Positions 10,330 to 14,120 of a stretch of 14,120 nucleotides of DNA are shown here, piece by piece. A program made the position numbers and the translations under genes. The first letter of the stretch is position 1. The number at the start of each line of letters is the position of its first letter. Source of the DNA: Anthoceros angustus (lineage: Eukaryota; Plantae; Anthocerotophyta); contig VJWM01000413.1 of the NCBI GenBank assembly GCA_010909165.1, forward strand, positions 1 to 14,120. Reading direction: 5' to 3'. A model generated the notes under the pieces. That model searched no databases, was not told where the DNA came from, and saw only the letters and a list, made by a program, of their open reading frames with translations.

Positions 10330-10420
10330 CTGCGATGGTAGCGCGGTGTTCTGCGATGGCGGTAGCGGTGTCGATGCGATGGCGAGCACGGTGTTGCGAT
10401 GGCGGATGCGGATGGTGGCG
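10330..10420. repeat. Short degenerate GC-rich repeat (gcgatgg(c/t) core)
   Basis: gcgatgg recurs four times between ~10332 and 10402 in the spacer between the convergent genes. Confidence 0.6.
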
Positions 10421-11399
10421 GAGACCATTCATGGGCGCAGCCCTCTTGGGCAAGTGTCCGGAAGACTTGCGTAGTCATTTGGTGGTGATCGGCAACCCCG
10501 GATCCGGCATGGCGATGCGGAAAATCGCCACGGCGGAGGCGTCGGTGATCACGTCGTCGGTGGCCCACCGACGATGATGAGGATACACAATCGGTGAAGT
10601 CAAGCTAGTCTCTAAGAAGGGACCAAGAAAAGGGCCATCTAGTGTTTGGGAGAAGTTCGTTATTTCACATGTTTGTTCTTGCGTGTTTAGGCGTGGTGTG
10701 TGTTGGAAGGAAGGCTCTCCCTGTACATGCAGGCGCTATTGTTTCTCAATTGAAGCACTTCAAAATTGTCCGACATTCTATCAAGTATGTCAAGCGGTGT
10801 CTTTCTAGTCTCTCCATTGTCCGGTTGTCTAGCCACCTCTGATTCAGCGTTTGACATGTGCCTCTAGGGCTTCCTCTAGCGTGGCCAGCAACGTAGGGCT
10901 TACCCAATACTTGGGCTTGTCCTTCTTGTGGGGATCCGGCTGTCTGCTCCGGCATCTCGACTTTGGCTGCGGCCACACGCGATGCCTTGACGGAGACGGT
11001 TGCCCAAGCTTCCCTTGTTCGTGGTATAGCCGGGCCCTACTTCCACATAATAATTACCTTCAACAACCTCGGCGCCTTTGCGAATTGGGCCCTTCCAAAA
11101 CTTGTCTTCATGCGTGCTTGAGCCTGCGAACACCCTCGACACACCAGGAGGTAGAATTTAACGTTCTCGCATTGCACCTCCGCACCCATATAGTTGTCTC
11201 GGGCTCCAACTCTCGCACTCCGAGACAAGTGACTAGTCTTGGTCTTGATGAATGCTTGGTTTGGTCGTCTTTGGAGCCTTCCGCTTGCCTCTACTCCCAG
11301 GCGGGTCCCCATCCTCGGCGGCCTCACTATTACCATCTTGCACCAAACACGCCCACCCCACTCATTTCGCCTCGAACGTTCGGTGACACCTCCACCCAG

Positions 11400-11830
11400 C
11401 ACCTCCACGACATGTGTCCTTGTCCACTTCAGTCCATCATCCTTCGCCTCATGAGATGTGTCCTCATTCTCCACCTCGGTGTGTCCCTATCCACCTCAAG
11501 TGGGGCCTTCTCAACCTCAAGTGTGTCATTCTCCACCTCATGTGTGGCATTTGCAGTCGGTGTGGCCTTCTCTACGATGCCCCTCCATGTCCACCTCAAG
11601 CGTGTCCTTGTCCACCTCTAGTGTGGCCTTCTCAACTGAGCTATGTCATTCTCCACCTCATGTGTGGCACTTTTACGCCGTGTGGCCTTCACCTCGTAGC
11701 TCCCATCCACCTCAAGTGTGTCCTTGTCCACCTCAAATGTGGCATTCTCCACTATAAGTGTGGCCTTTTCCGCTCGGGTGTGGCCTTCTTCACCTCAGCT
11801 CATTCTCCACCTCCTCATTGGTCGCTTCCT
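11400..11830 (-). repeat. Coding ~21-bp tandem repeat (T-L/H-E-V-E/D-K/N-A/D) with a 120-bp higher-order duplication
   Basis: Minus strand reads THEVENDTLEVEKAPLEVD / TLEVDKDTLEVD. The 26-mer tgtcattctccacctcatgtgtggca is identical at 11524-11549 and 11644-11669. Confidence 0.9.
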
Positions 11831-12159
11831 CGGTGTGGGCGTTGTTGCAAAGTTGTCCAAAACCGCATCATGTAAAAAGTCATCAAGTGCTTGGGATTGG
11901 ATGTAGTCCACTAAGCCAACCACGTCATCACCTCCATGAACCTCTGATCGCCTCCCCCACCGCACCTCGTTCCACGGACCCTTTGGGTCTTCACAGCAGT
12001 CGGCTCCTGCGTGGGTGTCATCAGCTTTGCGGCAATTCCATTGTTACCTTCTACAAAGGGCCTACGAGATTGACCCCTTGCATTGGGCGTTTTTCCTGGG
12101 CGGGTCCAAGCACCCCCTCGTGCTAACACGGCACGCAACACGATAAAGTTGCAAAGTTG

Positions 12160-12490
12160 CAAACTCTATAGAAGGGTGAACCTCTTGTCCAATTGCGCCG
12201 GCCGAATATCCCTATTTCGGGAGGACATTACAAACTGACCATAGGGGGCGTGCACATCTTTGTCGTGTTCCAGTATCCGGCCGCAAGCGGCGGTAGCGAA
12301 GGATTTGAGGGTGTGGCCAAAGCCTTCCTATTTCGGATTTTGTACACGGCTATGGGCGATTGAAGCACTATGGCTCGCTGGTTGTCAGCGTAAAGCATAC
12401 GACCGCGATGGGAGAGCGATTCTCGTTAAATGTGCTCCGAAAATAACAAACTCTCCGGCGGCGAAAGCGGGCTCGCCAAACGAATCAACC
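12160..12490 (-). pseudogene. Putative SET-like domain (needs assumed frameshifts)
   Basis: FAAGEFV (~12445-12465); AAGYWN+HDKD (12255-12285, one missing C in aac[c]ac); QFV; EIGIF (12204-12218); IGQEV..TL.Y (12166-12195). Order and spacing resemble SET motifs GE.I..Y.G / NHS..PN / IFA.R.I..GEE.T..Y. Confidence 0.45.
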
Positions 12491-12789
12491 TGGCAACAGT
12501 TATAAAGTATTCCTGGTATCGTGCGTCGAGCGTATCGATTTCGTCGAAGAAAATCTCGTGGCGTCGTTTACACGTCGCCACTCGATCTCCCCAAAGCGGA
12601 TCCAAAGTCGCTGCCCTCTTCCAAGCATCATAAATCGCTCATTCTCTTCCTTCGTAGTAAAGACACAATCGGGCTTTCATGCGGTATGTGTCACTAATGC
12701 ACCACTTCTTGGCCAAAAGCGAGAGGGTCCTCGTCCATGCGGATCAAATGTTAGCTCTTCCTCGCATTTGGTAACACTTCAAACCCATG

Positions 12790-13400
12790 GATGCGGGGGA
12801 ATATAACCGCATCTCATATCGCTTTCGATGTAGCGATTTCGACCACTCAATAATAAGCCGGGATAGTTGTGCCTCTCGGAACATGCATCAACCACCCACT
12901 CTCCTTCTTTGGAAAATGCCTCCACAAGCGTCGCGCATAAGGCCCGGTGGCGTTGGTGAGAACACACCACGTTTGTCGTGAGATAAGTATACCTACTTCT
13001 TCACAACCATGTCGTGACTAATGACGGATCTCCCATTATTGAATCTCCCTCGCTGACTTCCTGAGAGCATGTTGGCCTTGTCTCTTGAACATTCTTCCTT
13101 CACACACCAGCCCACAGTGACATACTCCAATGTTTCACAGCCCACCCCCTCGGCGTGCATGTTCGTCTTGTCCCAGACGAAGGACACCATCCCACCTTTT
13201 CGGCACCACTTCCTCATACATTCTCTGACAGTGTGGGAGTCCTCCACTCCATGCATCACAATAAAGCGGAATTCCTCTAACGTTGTCTTCTCCGCAAAAC
13301 TCTCGAACACTGATGACATCATATTCCCGTTATTTCTTGTATCCATCGGGCCTATATTGAAACACCTCGGCACATCCATCACGAAAAGCGAGTACTAGCG
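12790..13400 (-). pseudogene. Amino (N6-adenine/N4-cytosine) DNA methyltransferase domain, beta motif order (N6_N4_Mtase-like)
   Basis: YSLFVMDVP (motif IV, DPPY position, 13368-13376) precedes FVWDK and EYVTVGW, then HQ.HRALCATLVEAFSKEGEWVVDACS + (shifted frame) GTT + LLSGRNRYIESD (~12820-12960). This matches HxxQKP..L...LI...S.EGD.VLD.F.GSGTT..AA...GR..IG.E.D. Confidence 0.8.
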
Positions 13401-13667
13401 TGCGCGTAAATAGCCACGCATATCCAGCACACTGCGGGTCTCAATCTGGTACTGAACTTGATAGTCGACTGATGGGACATTGAAAACAAATAGCCCTTCT
13501 TCCATATCTTTGTCCGCTAAGGCCCTCTGCTCAATTTCCAGCCCTTTCCAGTTGTTGACCTCGAAAATGAAGTGCTGGAAATCTTCTGGAAGCCGGGACA
13601 GGTTCTCGATGTCCTTTAATTGCTGCACAATATAACATCAAACGTAAGAACAGAGAAGGTCTTGCTC

Positions 13668-13968
13668 ACAACATGTGGAGGGCGCCGGCCGGCCGGCGCC
13701 CTCCATGCACACAACTTTGGGCGCCGGCCGGCGCCCTCCCTCTGAGGCATGTAGGCGCGGGCAGATAGCACCCTTCATGCAGAGCATGTGGAGGCGCCCG
13801 GTCGGCGCCCTCCATGCACCATGTGCGGAAGCCGGCCGGCGCCCTCCATGCACACACCATGTGCGAAGCCGGCCGGCCCTCCATCACCATGTGCGAGGCC
13901 GGCCGGCGCCTCCTCATCACACCATGTGCGAAGCCGGCCGGCGCCCATGCACACACCATGTGCGGGGG
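13668..13968. repeat. GC-rich minisatellite (30-37-bp units, core GCCGGCCGGCGCCCTCCATGCACACCATGTGCG) with a perfect 30-bp palindrome; in a predicted intron
   Basis: GCCGGCCGGC at 13684, 13723, 13831, 13868, 13898 and 13933. 13676-13705 (TGGAGGGCGCCGGCCGGCCGGCGCCCTCCA) equals its own reverse complement. Lies between the acceptor at 13623-13624 and a candidate donor AG|GTAGGT at ~14026 on the minus strand. Confidence 0.92.
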
Positions 13969-14120
13969 CCGTGGCTTATTTAACATATGGCATGTCTCCT
14001 GATGCCAGAGAATTTGAAGTACCTACCTATAGAATCATGGAGGATGAGCGATGATCAGAAGATAGCCGTGTAGCTAGACTAGAGTCTTCATAGAGCATGA
14101 GAACGCAGGGAAGATGCTTT

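Larger units (their letters stand above)
10844..13622 (-). pseudogene. Multidomain gene: beta-class N4C/N6A DNA methyltransferase + putative SET-like domain + acidic repeat + transposase-like C-terminal domain; upstream exons at or beyond the window end
   Basis: Exon opens after ttgtgcAG at 13622 (QLKDIENLSRLPEDF...). MTase motifs at 12790-13400, SET-like motifs at 12160-12490, EVE(K/N)(A/D)T repeats at 11400-11830, and a final domain ending KPKYWVSPTLLATLEEALEAHVKR-TGA (10844-10846). Disrupted by in-frame stops and small indels. That all parts form one gene is inferred from shared strand, continuity and absence of an intervening start or terminator region. Confidence 0.65.
5400..14120. mobile_element. 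Putative large composite Sola2-type DNA transposon (transposase + convergent MTase cargo); boundaries unresolved, right end outside window
   Basis: Two convergent genes with similar decay and an apparently shared C-terminal domain, no host gene between them. Left limit taken from where LINE homology stops (~5360). No TIR pair or TSD visible in the window. Confidence 0.5.

Noticed and set aside
10590-10810. BED zinc finger (KGPSSVWEKF...C.C)
   Set aside because: Only the S.VW..F start resembles BED; the CxxC and HxxxxH spacing is absent and there is no start codon or splice support.
10851-11621. 256-aa plus-strand ORF as a real gene
   Set aside because: It is the antisense shadow of the minus-strand repeat and C-terminal domain; its STSSVAF repeats are the reverse complement of the EVEKAT repeats.
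12790-13400. Bacterial restriction-modification system or contaminant contig
   Set aside because: No endonuclease partner or operon layout; spliceosomal intron signals, a LINE and a land-plant IRKI gene are on the same sequence.
13638-14054. Several overlapping ORFs (GRRPA/CAKPAG repeats)
   Set aside because: They are translations of the GC-rich minisatellite on both strands, with no domain-like content.

Overview
Eukaryotic, almost certainly land-plant DNA; the IRKI-family gene plus Tad1/I-type LINE and Sola2-type transposase suggest a non-seed plant such as a lycophyte or bryophyte (inference). From left to right: (1) a 5'-truncated, frameshifted IRK-interacting protein (IRKI/GIL1 family) gene, + strand to 1587; (2) an unassigned stretch bracketed by a perfect 20-bp inverted repeat; (3) a decayed, 5'-truncated LINE ORF2 (RT, RNase H, CCHC), - strand, ~2560-5360; (4) an intron-containing, frameshifted Sola2-type DDD transposase, + strand, ~7250-10046; (5) a convergent - strand gene (10844 to beyond 13622). 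After manual frameshift repair, gene 5 reads as a beta-class N4C/N6A DNA methyltransferase, then a possible SET-like domain, an acidic heptapeptide repeat, and a C-terminal domain that looks homologous to the transposase's own C-terminus. The best candidate for a new system is a DNA transposon carrying its own DNA (and possibly histone) methylation writer. All protein calls are by-eye motif recognition across many small indels; no searches were run, and element termini were not identified.
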